64,000 nucleotides of DNA, taken from assembly GCA_902761665.1 (NCBI GenBank), contig CACWLA010000001.1, positions 20,890 through 84,889 on the forward strand. Direction: 5' to 3'. Of the stretch, positions 23,597 through 33,634 are shown in pieces; the first letter of the stretch is position 1, and every line of letters starts with the position of its first letter. Both the position numbers and the translations under genes were made by a program. Source of the DNA: an uncultured Lachnospiraceae bacterium (GTDB taxonomy: Bacteria; Bacillota; Clostridia; Lachnospirales; Lachnospiraceae). The notes below the pieces were generated by a model. The model made no database searches and was not told the origin of the DNA. It saw only the letters and a program-made list of their open reading frames with translations.

Positions 23597-24727
23597 ATGC
23601 TGGAACTTGACCAGTACAAAACTACCCTCGGTACCCTGAAGGAACCTCTTGAAGAGGTCAAGGGCTCGCTGGATCTTGCGGGAAAGCAGAACCGCGTCAT
23701 CGAACTGGAAAAGATGATGGAAGAGCCTACCTTCTGGAACGACGCCGAGAAGGCGGCGAAGATCACGACCGAACTGAAAAACACCAAGGACACCGTGAAA
23801 AAGATCACGGACCTGGCGCAGGAATACGACGATATCGGGATGATGATCGAGCTGGCTTACGAAGAAGATGACGAAGAGACGACAGCTGAGGTCGGAAGGA
23901 TGCTGGAGCGCTTTGCGGATGAACTCGAAACGCTCCGGATGAGCACGCTCTTAAACGGTGAGTTCGACGACAAGAACGCGATCGTGACGCTTCACTCGGG
24001 CGCGGGCGGTACGGAATCCTGCGACTGGTGCGAGATGCTTTACCGCATGTACACCCGCTGGGCGGCCGCGAAAGGCTATACCGTGGACGTCCTCGACCTG
24101 CAGGACGGCGACGAAGCCGGCATCAAGTCCGTGACCATGCAGATCAACGGGCTGAATGCCTACGGCTACATGCGCTCCGAACACGGCATCCACCGGCTGG
24201 TGCGCATCTCGCCTTTCAATGCCCAGGCCAAGCGCCAGACCAGTTTCGTGTCCTGCGACGTCATGCCGGACATTGAAGAAGACCTGGATATCGAGATCCC
24301 GGACGACGACATCCGCATCGACGTGTTCCGCTCGAGCGGCGCCGGCGGCCAGAAGGTCAACAAGACCTCCTCGGCCATCCGCATCACCCACTACCCGACC
24401 GGTATCGTGGTGCAGTGCCAGAACGAGCGCTCGCAGTACCAGAATAAAGACAAGGCCATGCAGATGCTGAAGGCCAAGCTCTTCATTCTGAAGCAGCAGG
24501 AAAACGCCGAGAAGGCCGGCGCGATCCGCGGCGAAGTGGCCGACATCGCCTGGGGCAGCCAGATCCGTTCCTACGTGCTGCAGCCCTACACGATGGTAAA
24601 AGATCACCGCACCGGCGTGGAAACAGCCAACGCAGGCGCGGTGCTTGACGGCGATATCGATAAGTTCATGGGCGGGTATCTGAAGTGGAAGGCGCTCGGC
24701 GGAAAGCAGCCGGCGCAGGAAGTGTAA
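23597..24727 (+). CDS. prfB: Peptide chain release factor 2 (single continuous ORF)
   Basis: SPF tripeptide (RISPFNAQ), GGQ (SGAGGQKVNKTSSAIRITH). Collinear with E. coli RF2. Conserved secA-prfB synteny. Confidence 0.95.
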   Translation: MLELDQYKTTLGTLKEPLEEVKGSLDLAGKQNRVIELEKMMEEPTFWNDAEKAAKITTELKNTKDTVKKITDLAQEYDDIGMMIELAYEEDDEETTAEVGRMLERFADELETLRMSTLLNGEFDDKNAIVTLHSGAGGTESCDWCEMLYRMYTRWAAAKGYTVDVLDLQDGDEAGIKSVTMQINGLNAYGYMRSEHGIHRLVRISPFNAQAKRQTSFVSCDVMPDIEEDLDIEIPDDDIRIDVFRSSGAGGQKVNKTSSAIRITHYPTGIVVQCQNERSQYQNKDKAMQMLKAKLFILKQQENAEKAGAIRGEVADIAWGSQIRSYVLQPYTMVKDHRTGVETANAGAVLDGDIDKFMGGYLKWKALGGKQPAQEV

Positions 24728-24748
24728 GACGCAGCCCGGAACAGGAAC

Positions 24749-25090
24749 TCAGGACGTCTCTTCCCCCGGCAGAGAGGCGTAGCGGCTCTGCTCTTTCAGG
24801 GTGATGTCGATCATTTCCTTGCCCCGTTCATCGAGCATGTGGTAGGTCTTTATGATCTCCCGCTCGCGGGCGTCCATCCGGACGGCGGGGAAGGGATCCT
24901 CGGTGAGCCCGAGCAGATAGTCCACGGAAACATCAAGAGCTTTTGCGAGGATGATCATGGTTTCCCAGTTGGGACGCCGCAGATCTCTCTCGTATAATGA
25001 ATAAGCCTGCCGGGAAACATGGGCCAGATCGGCCAGCTCGCTTTGTGATAAGCCTTTTTGGCGGCGGGCTTCTTTCAGTCGCAAGTTCAT
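24749..25090 (-). CDS. XRE-family transcriptional regulator
   Basis: 113 aa, LRLKEARRQKGLSQSELADLAHVSRQAYSLYERDLRRPNWETMIILAKALDVSVDYLLG. AGGAGGG RBS. Confidence 0.8.
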   Translation of the reverse strand: MNLRLKEARRQKGLSQSELADLAHVSRQAYSLYERDLRRPNWETMIILAKALDVSVDYLLGLTEDPFPAVRMDAREREIIKTYHMLDERGKEMIDITLKEQSRYASLPGEETS

Positions 25091-25187
25091 GGAGATCCCT
25101 CCTTTCCTGAGAAAATTATAACCCAGGAGAAGGGGATTTCACGGGCAGGGACAAAGTGTTGCGGAATGTGACGCAAAAGCCCGGATT

Positions 25188-25206
25188 TGTCAACAGACTG
25201 TTGACA
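25188..25206. promoter_or_regulatory. Perfect 9-1-9 palindrome carrying outward-facing TTGACA boxes (candidate XRE operator)
   Basis: TGTCAACAG-A-CTGTTGACA in the divergent region between the XRE gene and the exonuclease gene. Confidence 0.55.
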
Positions 25207-25290
25207 CGAGATCAGAAAAGTCCCGAAATTCGCCTGCGGGGACGCCCGCGGAGCTTGGCCTCTTCAGTGGGAGGCCGGACAGAAGGTGCT

Positions 25291-26307
25291 ATGAACTATA
25301 TCGTTTTTGACCTGGAATGGAACCAGGCGCCCGCCGGACGGGCCCGTCCGAATCCCAAACTTCCCTTTGAGATCCTTGAGATCGGGGCCGTCAAGCTGAA
25401 CTCCCGTCTGAAGACCGTCAGTGAATTTCATGAGACCATTAAGCCTTTGGTCTACCGGGAGATGAACAAGCAGACCCAGAAGATCGTCCATCTGGACATG
25501 AATGAACTGAAGAATTCCAAGACCTTTTCCCCTGCTGCGCGTCATTTCCTCGAATGGTGCGGAGAGGATCCGATGTTCGTGACCTGGGGGCCGTCAGACC
25601 TTTTCGAACTGCAGCGGAACCTCGAATATTACAAGATCCGCTACGATTTCCCGAAGCCGCTCCTGTACTACGATCTGCAGAAACTGTACAGTCTCGCGCT
25701 CATGGACGGCAAGAAGCGGCCGGCCCTGCAGGAGGCGGTGGAGGCGCTTGAGATCCCCGAGACGAAGCCCTTCCACGGCGCCTTCGAAGACGCGTGGTAC
25801 ACGGCCGAGGTCATGAAAAAACTGAACCTGAAGCCGGTCCTGGAGTACAAGTCCGTCGACTATTACCGCCTGCCGGAGACCCGGGAGGAAGAGGTCTATC
25901 TGCATTTCAAGACCTACGACAAGTACGTATCGGTACCGTTCGACACCAAGGAAGACGCCCTGAACGACAAGACCGTGACGGCGATCCGCTGCCCGAAATG
26001 CGGGCTGCCGGTCATCCACCGTATGAAATGGTTCGCTTCGGCGACCGGCAACATGTATTACGCGCTGATCCAGTGCCCCCTGCATGGCAATGTCAAGGGG
26101 AAGATCCGCATCCGCAAGACGCGCGGCGAGAAGATCTTCATCGTGAAGACGATCAAGCCCGCGACCGAGAAGGACGTGGAGGACCTGAAGGCAAGAAAAG
26201 AAGCCGTCCGTGAGAAACGTCACAAACGGCTTGAAAAGGAAAGGGCTGCCCGCAAGCGGAAAAAGGCGGCGGCCAGAGCGACAGCTTACAGCTCGAAGGA
26301 GTCGTAA
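25291..26307 (+). CDS. DEDDh-type 3'-5' exonuclease with C-terminal Zn-ribbon-like domain and Lys/Arg-rich tail
   Basis: Start ATG 25291 (MNYIVFDLEWNQ...ILEIGAVKLN = Exo I motif; HGAFEDAWYTAEV = Exo III H-x4-D). CPKCG...CPLHG. KapD/ERI-1-like N-terminal domain. Confidence 0.7.
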   Translation: MNYIVFDLEWNQAPAGRARPNPKLPFEILEIGAVKLNSRLKTVSEFHETIKPLVYREMNKQTQKIVHLDMNELKNSKTFSPAARHFLEWCGEDPMFVTWGPSDLFELQRNLEYYKIRYDFPKPLLYYDLQKLYSLALMDGKKRPALQEAVEALEIPETKPFHGAFEDAWYTAEVMKKLNLKPVLEYKSVDYYRLPETREEEVYLHFKTYDKYVSVPFDTKEDALNDKTVTAIRCPKCGLPVIHRMKWFASATGNMYYALIQCPLHGNVKGKIRIRKTRGEKIFIVKTIKPATEKDVEDLKARKEAVREKRHKRLEKERAARKRKKAAARATAYSSKES

Positions 26308-28121
26308 GGGATCCCCAGGCGGTCGAGAGTTTTCTTCTCGCGGTCCTGGCAGGTGAAGAGAAAGACCTGGCCGCGGTAGTTTTCGTGCAGCCAGCGAAGG
26401 CAGGCATCCAGCCGCTCGCTGTCATACATGGCGAAACTGTCGTCAAAGAAGAGCGGCATCTCCTCGTGCGGCCACAGGCAGCGCACGACGGCGAGCCTGA
26501 AGGAAAAATACAGCTGTTCCATAGCACCGGCGGATAATGCGCCCGGTGCTATTTTTCTGCCCTTGGACAGGGCAAAGAGTTCGAGACTGTCGCTGACTTC
26601 CAGCCCGTCGTAGGCACCGCCGGTGATCTCGGAGAAGATCGCGGAGGCTTCCCTGGTGAGCGGCGCGCCGAAACTCACGGAAGCGTCCTCTGCAAGCGCC
26701 GTCAGAACGGCGCCGGCGCGCGCAATCGCGGCGATCTCGTCCCGAAGGCGTTCGTTTTCCTTCAGGATGGGCTTTATGGCTTCCTTCCGTGCCAGGGCTT
26801 CGCGGATCGTCAGTTCCCACTGTTCACGCCGGACCTTCAGGATCAGCTGCTCATTCAGGACTTCGTTCATGGCTTCACGTGATGCGGACAGGCTGACCAG
26901 CTCCTCCGTATCCTGTTCGAAAACGCGGCGCTTTTCCGCGAGGTAGTCGAAAAGCTGCACCACCTTCTCAAGGTAGCCCTTCATCTCACCCGCTTCCTTT
27001 AACGTGCCCTGCGCCTTGTATCTGGGCAGGTACCCTGAAAGCATCTCGGTCAGGATCTGCCGGTTCTTTTCGTTGGCGGCGTTCGCGTCGGTCCGGCGGG
27101 TCATGCGGACGAAGAAGGTCGCGGCCAGAAGCGCTGCGGCAAACAGCGGGATCAAAGGCAGGAGCCCGGCACCGCTCTGGATGATGCGGTTCAGGAAAAA
27201 GATGGAGAAGAGGAGGACCAGGACCGTGACGAGGGAAAGGACGTTCAGGATGCCGGAACCGATGTTCCCGCCCTTATAGTCCCGTTCGTAGATCTCCATC
27301 TGCTCGAAGAGGACTTCGGTGCGGTGCAGATCGTCTTCGATGGTCTCCCGGGAGGTCGTGCCCATGTTCGTGAGCAGGGCTTCCTTCTGCCGGAGCTCCC
27401 GGTCCGCGTGTTCGCGTTCAGCCGTCAGTTCGCGGATGCGCGCGTCCTGCGCATCGGCTTCGGCTTTCAGGCGCTCATAATCGCCGCCTTCGGAGAGCGT
27501 ACGCTGTTCCAGATCCCGGAGGGTCAGGTCCAAGGAGGCGTCCTCGGCCTCGGCAGCCGTGTCGATGCGGCGTTCCAGGGCCTTCCGGCGTGCTTTCAGG
27601 CTGAGGGCGGCAGCGTTCACGTTCAGGTGCTCATCGCCGCTGCTGCGGAGGTTCATGACGTGGTTCTGCAGATCCGCAGCCAGGCCGTCGCCGGTCGCCG
27701 CGCCGATCTGGCGGAACGAGAGCGTATTGGTGAAAACGTAGGGCGAGAGCCCGTCGGGGAAGGGAACTTCCTCCGGGCTGACCTGCCGTACACGCGCAGG
27801 CTCTTCGACGATGAGGCGGGACTGCGGCGGAGTCCGCGAGAAATCGCGGTCGGCGGTGACTTTCATCTCGCCGCGCGTCCAGGTAACGTAGCCGCCGTAA
27901 AGATCGGGCTCGGACCAGGGCAGGTTCGCGCGGTAGACGCCCGAAGCGGCGGCGCGTCCCTTCCCCTTTTCCATGCCGAACAGGAGCGCCGCAACTGCGG
28001 TGTGCAGGGTGCTCTTGCCGGACTCGTTTCTGCCGCTGATCAGGGTGATGCCGTCCTTAAAATCAAAACTTTTATCCCGCAGGGAGCCGAACTGGCGGAT
28101 AACGCATTTGGTCAGTTTCAC
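26286..28121 (-). CDS. SbcC/Rad50-like (YhaN-like) AAA ATPase with central hydrophobic hairpin
   Basis: Walker A GRNESGKSTLH at the N-terminus. Long Glu/Arg/Leu-rich coiled-coil regions. C-terminal signature/Walker B region (LSAGAMEQLYFSFRLA...PLFFDDSFAMYD). GTG start overlaps the upstream stop. Confidence 0.7.
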   Translation of the reverse strand: MKLTKCVIRQFGSLRDKSFDFKDGITLISGRNESGKSTLHTAVAALLFGMEKGKGRAAASGVYRANLPWSEPDLYGGYVTWTRGEMKVTADRDFSRTPPQSRLIVEEPARVRQVSPEEVPFPDGLSPYVFTNTLSFRQIGAATGDGLAADLQNHVMNLRSSGDEHLNVNAAALSLKARRKALERRIDTAAEAEDASLDLTLRDLEQRTLSEGGDYERLKAEADAQDARIRELTAEREHADRELRQKEALLTNMGTTSRETIEDDLHRTEVLFEQMEIYERDYKGGNIGSGILNVLSLVTVLVLLFSIFFLNRIIQSGAGLLPLIPLFAAALLAATFFVRMTRRTDANAANEKNRQILTEMLSGYLPRYKAQGTLKEAGEMKGYLEKVVQLFDYLAEKRRVFEQDTEELVSLSASREAMNEVLNEQLILKVRREQWELTIREALARKEAIKPILKENERLRDEIAAIARAGAVLTALAEDASVSFGAPLTREASAIFSEITGGAYDGLEVSDSLELFALSKGRKIAPGALSAGAMEQLYFSFRLAVVRCLWPHEEMPLFFDDSFAMYDSERLDACLRWLHENYRGQVFLFTCQDREKKTLDRLGIPYDSFEL

Positions 28122-29194
28122 CGGATGGCCTCCTTTCCGCCGCCCGCGGTGCTCATGAGCGCGTCGAGCCCGTAGTACAGGGACTTCCGGGAGGAGGGAT
28201 CGTCAGCCTTGCCGTCTTCGGTAAAGCTGCGGACGAAGCGGCCGAGCAGGTCGCCCGCCGGCCTTGCCAGGTATTCGTTCAGGGGATAGTCCGGCAGAGA
28301 TCCGTCGATGACTTCGGCGATCCCGCCGATCCGAAGCAGCGCCTCACAGTCCGGAATGAACGCCGGATCCCGCCGTCCGGTGAGACGTATGTTCAGGACT
28401 TCCCGGGCCAGATCGTCCGCACGGCGGCGGATCAGGCTCTCCAGGCCGGAAGCAGTCATTTCCGGATTCATGTTGACGACAACGTCAGTATAGCGGAAAT
28501 CCGAAAACGTCCGCCACTCGAGCCGGAATTCGTCCTTTTTCATCGTACCGAGGAAGAAACCGTGTGCGCCGGTCTCGGAATGGTCAAGCGCTTCCGGAGA
28601 GCCCGGTATGGCCACGCGGCCGTCCTGTGCGAGGGCCGGTTTGTGCAGATGGCCTAGCGCGGCGTAGTCCCAGCCGTTCGCTGCGATCCGCGCAGGATGA
28701 AGCGGCAGATGCCTTGCATCACCGCCGTGCGCGAGCAGAATGTGGCGGCGGCCGTTCTCCGGCGCCCGGAATTCATCCAGGCGGCTGTCGGTCAGTTCCT
28801 GTGCGTCATAGCTGAAGCCGTGTACCTCAAGATCCCACTGCGGGAAAAAGACGGAAGAAAGTTCGGGCGACGACAGGAAGGTCACCTGCGGGCAGAACGT
28901 GAAACGTGCATAGGCGGAGCCGGGCCGGATAAAATCGTGGTTGCCCGCGATCAGGACGACCTTCGTGCGGGGCAGCGTCGAGAAGAGATAATCGGCGTCC
29001 TTCAGCTCCCGCTCGGTCGGCGGCGCGTGAAAAAGATCCCCGGCAATGAGCAGGAGATCGATGTCCTCACGGGCACAGATCTCCGTAAGGCGCAGCAGAG
29101 AAGTGCGCACGGCATCCGCCCGGGCAAGGCCCCAGGGCTTGTCCTTATCCGGCAGCATGCCGAGATGCAGATCGGCGGTATGGATGAAACGCAC
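28118..29194 (-). CDS. SbcD/Mre11-like (YhaO-like) metallophosphoesterase
   Basis: [27 protein letters not shown] phosphoesterase motifs. GTG start with AAGGAGG 6 nt upstream. Confidence 0.8.
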   Translation of the reverse strand: MRFIHTADLHLGMLPDKDKPWGLARADAVRTSLLRLTEICAREDIDLLLIAGDLFHAPPTERELKDADYLFSTLPRTKVVLIAGNHDFIRPGSAYARFTFCPQVTFLSSPELSSVFFPQWDLEVHGFSYDAQELTDSRLDEFRAPENGRRHILLAHGGDARHLPLHPARIAANGWDYAALGHLHKPALAQDGRVAIPGSPEALDHSETGAHGFFLGTMKKDEFRLEWRTFSDFRYTDVVVNMNPEMTASGLESLIRRRADDLAREVLNIRLTGRRDPAFIPDCEALLRIGGIAEVIDGSLPDYPLNEYLARPAGDLLGRFVRSFTEDGKADDPSSRKSLYYGLDALMSTAGGGKEAIR

Positions 29195-29267
29195 GGTTTT
29201 CCTCCTTCAAAATGGATTTATTTGTATTATATCCTCTTTTTATCGTGCCGTAAAGTCCGCGCGCGTC

Positions 29268-29296
29268 TTTTCAATCCGCTCTTTCTGTGTTATAAT
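29268..29296 (+). promoter_or_regulatory. glgC promoter (extended -10)
   Basis: TTTTCA, 17-nt spacer ending in TGt, TATAAT (29291-29296), about 30 nt upstream of ATG 29328. Confidence 0.5.
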
Positions 29297-29327
29297 ACGA
29301 ATGAACTTCAATATGGAGGAGTGTGAC

Positions 29328-30602
29328 ATGGTCAAAAAAGAAATGATCGCCATGCTGCTGGCCGGCGGCCAGGGCAGCCGTCTCGGCGTCCTGACACAGG
29401 GAATGGCCAAGCCTGCAGTGGCATTCGGCGGCAAATACTGCATCATCGATTTCCCTCTGAGCAACTGCGTGAACTCAGATGTGGATACGGTCGGGGTACT
29501 GACGCAGTACCAGCCGCTGCAGCTGAATACGCATATCGGCATCGGGATCCCGTGGGATCTGGATAAACAGGTGGGCGGCGTTACCATTCTGCCTCCTTAC
29601 GAGAAGTCGGGTGACAGTGAATGGTATACCGGTACGGCTAACGCCATTTTCCAGAACCTGACCTACATGGACAGCTACAATCCTGAGTACGTGCTGATCC
29701 TCTCCGGCGACCATATCTACAAGATGGACTACGGCGAAATGCTGCAGCGCCACATCAAGGCCGGCGCCGAAGCGACGATCGCCGTCATGCCGGTCGACTG
29801 GAGCGAAGCACACCGCTACGGCATCCTGGTCACTGACAGCAACGGGAAGGTGACCGAGTTCGAGGAAAAGCCCGCGAATCCGCGGAGCAACCTCGCCTCC
29901 ATGGGCATCTACATCTTCAATTACAAGACCCTGAGAGCGGCACTGACCGAACTCAAGCAGGTACCCGGCTGCGACTTCGGCATGCACGTGATCCCGTACC
30001 TCTTCCGTGAGACCGACAAGGTCTACGCCTACGAATTCAACGGCTACTGGAAGGACGTCGGAACGCTGACGACCTACTGGGAGACCAACATGGAACTGAC
30101 GGATCTGGTTCCGGAATTCAACCTCTATGAGGAGTTCTGGCAGATCTATACGAGTGCGGAATCGCACGCGCCGGCCTATATGGGCAGCGAAGCGCAGGCC
30201 TCGCATTCGATCGTCGGCGACGGCAGCGAGGTCCTCGGCAAGGTGAAGCACTCCGTGCTCGGCTCCGACGTGAAAGTCGCCGCCGGCGCGAAGGTCATCG
30301 ATTCCATCCTCATGAACGGCGTGACGGTCGGGGAAGGCGCCGTGGTGCGCAAGGCCATCATCGCCGAAAACACCGTGATCGGAAAGAACGCCAAACTCGG
30401 CGAGGGCAACTTTGAAGTCAGCCGCCTGGATCCGAAGGTATACAACAGTGATCTGGTCGTCATCGGCGCATCGAGCGTGATCCCCGAAGGCGTGAGCATC
30501 GGAAAGAACACCGCGATCTCCGGCGTGACCGGCCCTGAGGATTATCCGGATGGCGCGCTGGCCTCCGGCGGCTACATCCTGAAGAAGGAGGGGAAGAGAT
30601 GA
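29328..30602 (+). CDS. glgC: Glucose-1-phosphate adenylyltransferase
   Basis: Start ATG 29328 (GGAGGAG RBS). [30 protein letters not shown], left-handed beta-helix C-terminus. Confidence 0.92.
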   Translation: MVKKEMIAMLLAGGQGSRLGVLTQGMAKPAVAFGGKYCIIDFPLSNCVNSDVDTVGVLTQYQPLQLNTHIGIGIPWDLDKQVGGVTILPPYEKSGDSEWYTGTANAIFQNLTYMDSYNPEYVLILSGDHIYKMDYGEMLQRHIKAGAEATIAVMPVDWSEAHRYGILVTDSNGKVTEFEEKPANPRSNLASMGIYIFNYKTLRAALTELKQVPGCDFGMHVIPYLFRETDKVYAYEFNGYWKDVGTLTTYWETNMELTDLVPEFNLYEEFWQIYTSAESHAPAYMGSEAQASHSIVGDGSEVLGKVKHSVLGSDVKVAAGAKVIDSILMNGVTVGEGAVVRKAIIAENTVIGKNAKLGEGNFEVSRLDPKVYNSDLVVIGASSVIPEGVSIGKNTAISGVTGPEDYPDGALASGGYILKKEGKR

Positions 30603-31693
30603 AAGCACTGGGAATCATTCTGGCCGGCGGCGGATCCGACCTCATGAAAGGTCTTACCGATATCCGCGCCGTGGCAGCCATGCCGGTGGCCGGGGCTTAC
30701 CGTGCCGTCGACTTTGCGCTCAGCAACATGGCCAATTCGAAGATCAATACCGTAGCGGTGCTTACCCAGTACAGCTCCCGCTCGCTGAACGAGCACCTGA
30801 GCGCGCCCTCCTGGTGGGGCTTCGGCCGCAAGCAGGGCGGCCTGTATCTGCTGAACCCGACCATCACTCCGGAAAGCACCAACTGGTTCCGCGGAACGGC
30901 TGACGCCCTGGTGCAGAATCTGGATTTCATCAAGGAACGCCACGAACCTTACGTGGTCATCGCCTCCGGCGACGGCGTGTACAAGCTTGACTTTGACGAC
31001 GTTATGGAGAAACACGTCGAAAGCGGCGCGCAGATCACCGTGGTCTGCCGCGACAAGGGCGATGCTGACTCCTCCCGCTTCGGTGTGCTTGAGACGGACG
31101 GCGAAGGCCGCATCACCGCATGGCACGAGAAGGAAGAAGGCGCGAAGGGACAGTACATCAACTGCGGCATCTACCTGATCCGCAGACTTCGCCTGATCCG
31201 CCTGCTCGAGGAATGCAAGCGCCGCGACGATTACGATTTCGTGCGCGACGTGCTGGTGCGGAACCTGGAACAGGAACGCATCAAAGCTTACGTGATGGAC
31301 GGTTACTGGAAGAACATCGCCTCCGCGCAGTCATATTTCGAATGCAACATGGACATGCTGGATCCGGAGCTGAGAAGGAAATTCTTCTACGAATATCCGA
31401 AGATCTCCACGAAGGTGGATGACTTCCCTCCGGCCAAGTTCAACGAAAATGCCAAGGTCAGGAACGCACTGGCCGCGGGCGGCACCATCGTGAACGGCAG
31501 CGTGGAGAATTCGGTCCTGTTCAAGAAGGTCTACATCGGCGACGGCAGCGTCGTAAAGAACTGCGTGCTGCTGAACGACGTCTACGTCGGCAACGGTGTG
31601 ACGCTGGAGAACTGCATCGTCGAGAAGAAGGTCAAGATCGAAGACGGGACCTGCGTCATCGGCGATCCGAACGACGTAACGGTGCTCCCCTGA
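30599..31693 (+). CDS. glgD: Glucose-1-phosphate adenylyltransferase regulatory subunit GlgD
   Basis: Paralog directly after glgC with 4-nt overlap. Degenerate N-terminal G-rich motif ([13 protein letters not shown]) typical of GlgD. Confidence 0.85.
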   Translation: MKALGIILAGGGSDLMKGLTDIRAVAAMPVAGAYRAVDFALSNMANSKINTVAVLTQYSSRSLNEHLSAPSWWGFGRKQGGLYLLNPTITPESTNWFRGTADALVQNLDFIKERHEPYVVIASGDGVYKLDFDDVMEKHVESGAQITVVCRDKGDADSSRFGVLETDGEGRITAWHEKEEGAKGQYINCGIYLIRRLRLIRLLEECKRRDDYDFVRDVLVRNLEQERIKAYVMDGYWKNIASAQSYFECNMDMLDPELRRKFFYEYPKISTKVDDFPPAKFNENAKVRNALAAGGTIVNGSVENSVLFKKVYIGDGSVVKNCVLLNDVYVGNGVTLENCIVEKKVKIEDGTCVIGDPNDVTVLP

Positions 31694-31754
31694 ACGGGGC
31701 ACGCCGGATGAACGATAATGAGCCGTGAGCGCCCGGCGCTCATCCGCCTGTGCA

Positions 31755-31780
31755 CGGGGACCTGGTCAAACAGGTCCCCG
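31755..31780 (+). terminator. 10-bp perfect hairpin after glgD without a U-tract (weak terminator or processing-site candidate)
   Basis: CGGGGACCTG-GTCAAA-CAGGTCCCCG. No T-run follows. Confidence 0.3.
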
Positions 31781-31828
31781 ACGCATTCAGGGGCTCTTCC
31801 GACAACAGAGTGAACAGAGGAAAATGAC

Positions 31829-33619
31829 ATGACGAAAAAAGAACTGGTTGACGCGCTTCGGGTGAAGATGAAGGAAGCGGGGATCGATGTCTGGGTCGTG
31901 ACCTGCGGAGATTTCCACGGCTCGGAATACTACAGCGCATACTTCAACACCCTGACTTTCCTGACCGGCTTTACCGGAGAGTCCAGCATCGCCGCAGTGA
32001 CGGCGGACAAGGCAGGCCTCTGGACTGACGGCCGCTATCATCTGCAGGCAGAGCGGGAACTTCAGGGCTCCGGCATCGATCTGTACAAGGTCGGTCTCAA
32101 GGACGCGAAGTCCCTGCAGGATTTCCTGAAGGAGGAACTGCCGGACGGCGGTGTCCTCGGCTTTGACGGCCGCATCGTGCCGCTGGGCCAGGCGGAAGCG
32201 TGGGAGAAGGCGCTTGCGGAGAAGAAGATCAGCGTGAAGGCCGACCGCGATCTGGTCGGCGAACTCTGGACGGACCGCCCGGCGCAGGAATTCCATGAAG
32301 CCTTCCTGATGCCGGAGGAGATCGCGGGCGAATCCGCGGCGGCGAAGCTTGCCCGCGTACGCGCGGAAATGAAGAAGCACGGCGCGGACATGCACCTCAT
32401 CACGGGTCTTTCCGATATCTGCTGGCTCCTGAACGTGCGCGGCGGGGACGTTCCCTGCAACCCCGTGGTTTTTTCCTTCGTGAAACTGACGCAGGACGAG
32501 GCTGTCTGGTACGTCACGGAGGAGAAGGTCCCGGAGGAGGTCCTTGCTTACGTAAAGGCGGCGGGGGTTTCCCTGAAGCCTTACGAAGCGGTCTGGGAGG
32601 ACATCAAAGCCATTCCCGCAGGAACGAAGCTCCTTGTTGACGGGGCTGCCGTCTGCTCCTACGTGAAATCGGCCGTGCAGGAGAGCGTGGAACTCATCAC
32701 CGCGCCGAATCCGACCATGCTGATGAAATGCGTGAAGAACGAGACCGAGCAGAAGGCGCTCCGCGTTTCGCATTACAAGGATGGCCTGGCGATGGTGAAC
32801 TTCCTGTACTGGCTGGCGCACCATCCGGACATCGAGTCCTTAAGCGAGATCGATGCCGCCGACTATCTGGAAAACTGCCGCCGCGAACAGGGCGCCTTTG
32901 AACTCTCCTTCGGCACGATCGCCGCGATGGGACCGAACGCCGCGATGGCGCACTATGCCGCGACCCCCGAAAAGTTCGACATGCTGAAAAAGCGCGGCTT
33001 CTTCCTCGTGGACTCCGGCGGACAGTACCTGGAAGGCACCACGGACATCACGCGTACCATGGCCATGGGACCGCTTTCCGATGCGGAACGCCACCATTAC
33101 ACGTCCGTGCTCAGGAGCCACATCCGCCTTGCTTCGGCCGTGTTCCCCGAAGGGGTCGCCGGCTGCCAGCTGGACGTTCTGGCCAGGGGACCCATGTGGG
33201 AAGATCACATCGATTACCGCCACGGGACCGGCCACGGTGTCGGCTTCTGCCTGAACGTGCATGAAGGACCGAACGCCTTCCGCATGTCCATCCCGGACAA
33301 TAAGGCGCTGCGCCCGGCTCTTGCGCCCGGCATGGTGACGACCGACGAACCCGGCATTTACATTGACAACGGCTACGGCATCCGCATTGAAAATGAACTC
33401 CTCTGCGTCGCCGACGGCGAGTCCGAATACGGGAAATACCTGAAGTTCGAGAGCCTGACGCTCTGCCCGTACGACCTTACGCCGGTCAATAAGGACGAAA
33501 TGACGAAGCAGGAGATCGATGCGGTGAACGCTTACCACGAAACGGTATATCAGACCCTAAAGGACAGCCTCGCCCCTGAAGTCGCGGCGTGGCTGCGTGA
33601 GGTGACGAGACCCCTGTAA
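31829..33619 (+). CDS. M24-family Xaa-Pro aminopeptidase (aminopeptidase P-like)
   Basis: 596 aa. Creatinase/prolidase N-terminal domains and HGTGHGVGFCLNVHEGP metal-binding motif. Confidence 0.85.
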   Translation: MTKKELVDALRVKMKEAGIDVWVVTCGDFHGSEYYSAYFNTLTFLTGFTGESSIAAVTADKAGLWTDGRYHLQAERELQGSGIDLYKVGLKDAKSLQDFLKEELPDGGVLGFDGRIVPLGQAEAWEKALAEKKISVKADRDLVGELWTDRPAQEFHEAFLMPEEIAGESAAAKLARVRAEMKKHGADMHLITGLSDICWLLNVRGGDVPCNPVVFSFVKLTQDEAVWYVTEEKVPEEVLAYVKAAGVSLKPYEAVWEDIKAIPAGTKLLVDGAAVCSYVKSAVQESVELITAPNPTMLMKCVKNETEQKALRVSHYKDGLAMVNFLYWLAHHPDIESLSEIDAADYLENCRREQGAFELSFGTIAAMGPNAAMAHYAATPEKFDMLKKRGFFLVDSGGQYLEGTTDITRTMAMGPLSDAERHHYTSVLRSHIRLASAVFPEGVAGCQLDVLARGPMWEDHIDYRHGTGHGVGFCLNVHEGPNAFRMSIPDNKALRPALAPGMVTTDEPGIYIDNGYGIRIENELLCVADGESEYGKYLKFESLTLCPYDLTPVNKDEMTKQEIDAVNAYHETVYQTLKDSLAPEVAAWLREVTRPL

Positions 33620-33634
33620 ACGGAGGAAGATCCA

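Noticed and set aside
31681-31780. Three consecutive GC hairpins between glgD and the aminopeptidase P gene, as a possible ncRNA or attenuator.
   Set aside because: There are no U-tracts, no alternative pairing scheme and no recognisable Rfam-like core. GC-rich spacers fold by chance. Only the best stem is listed, as a low-confidence terminator.
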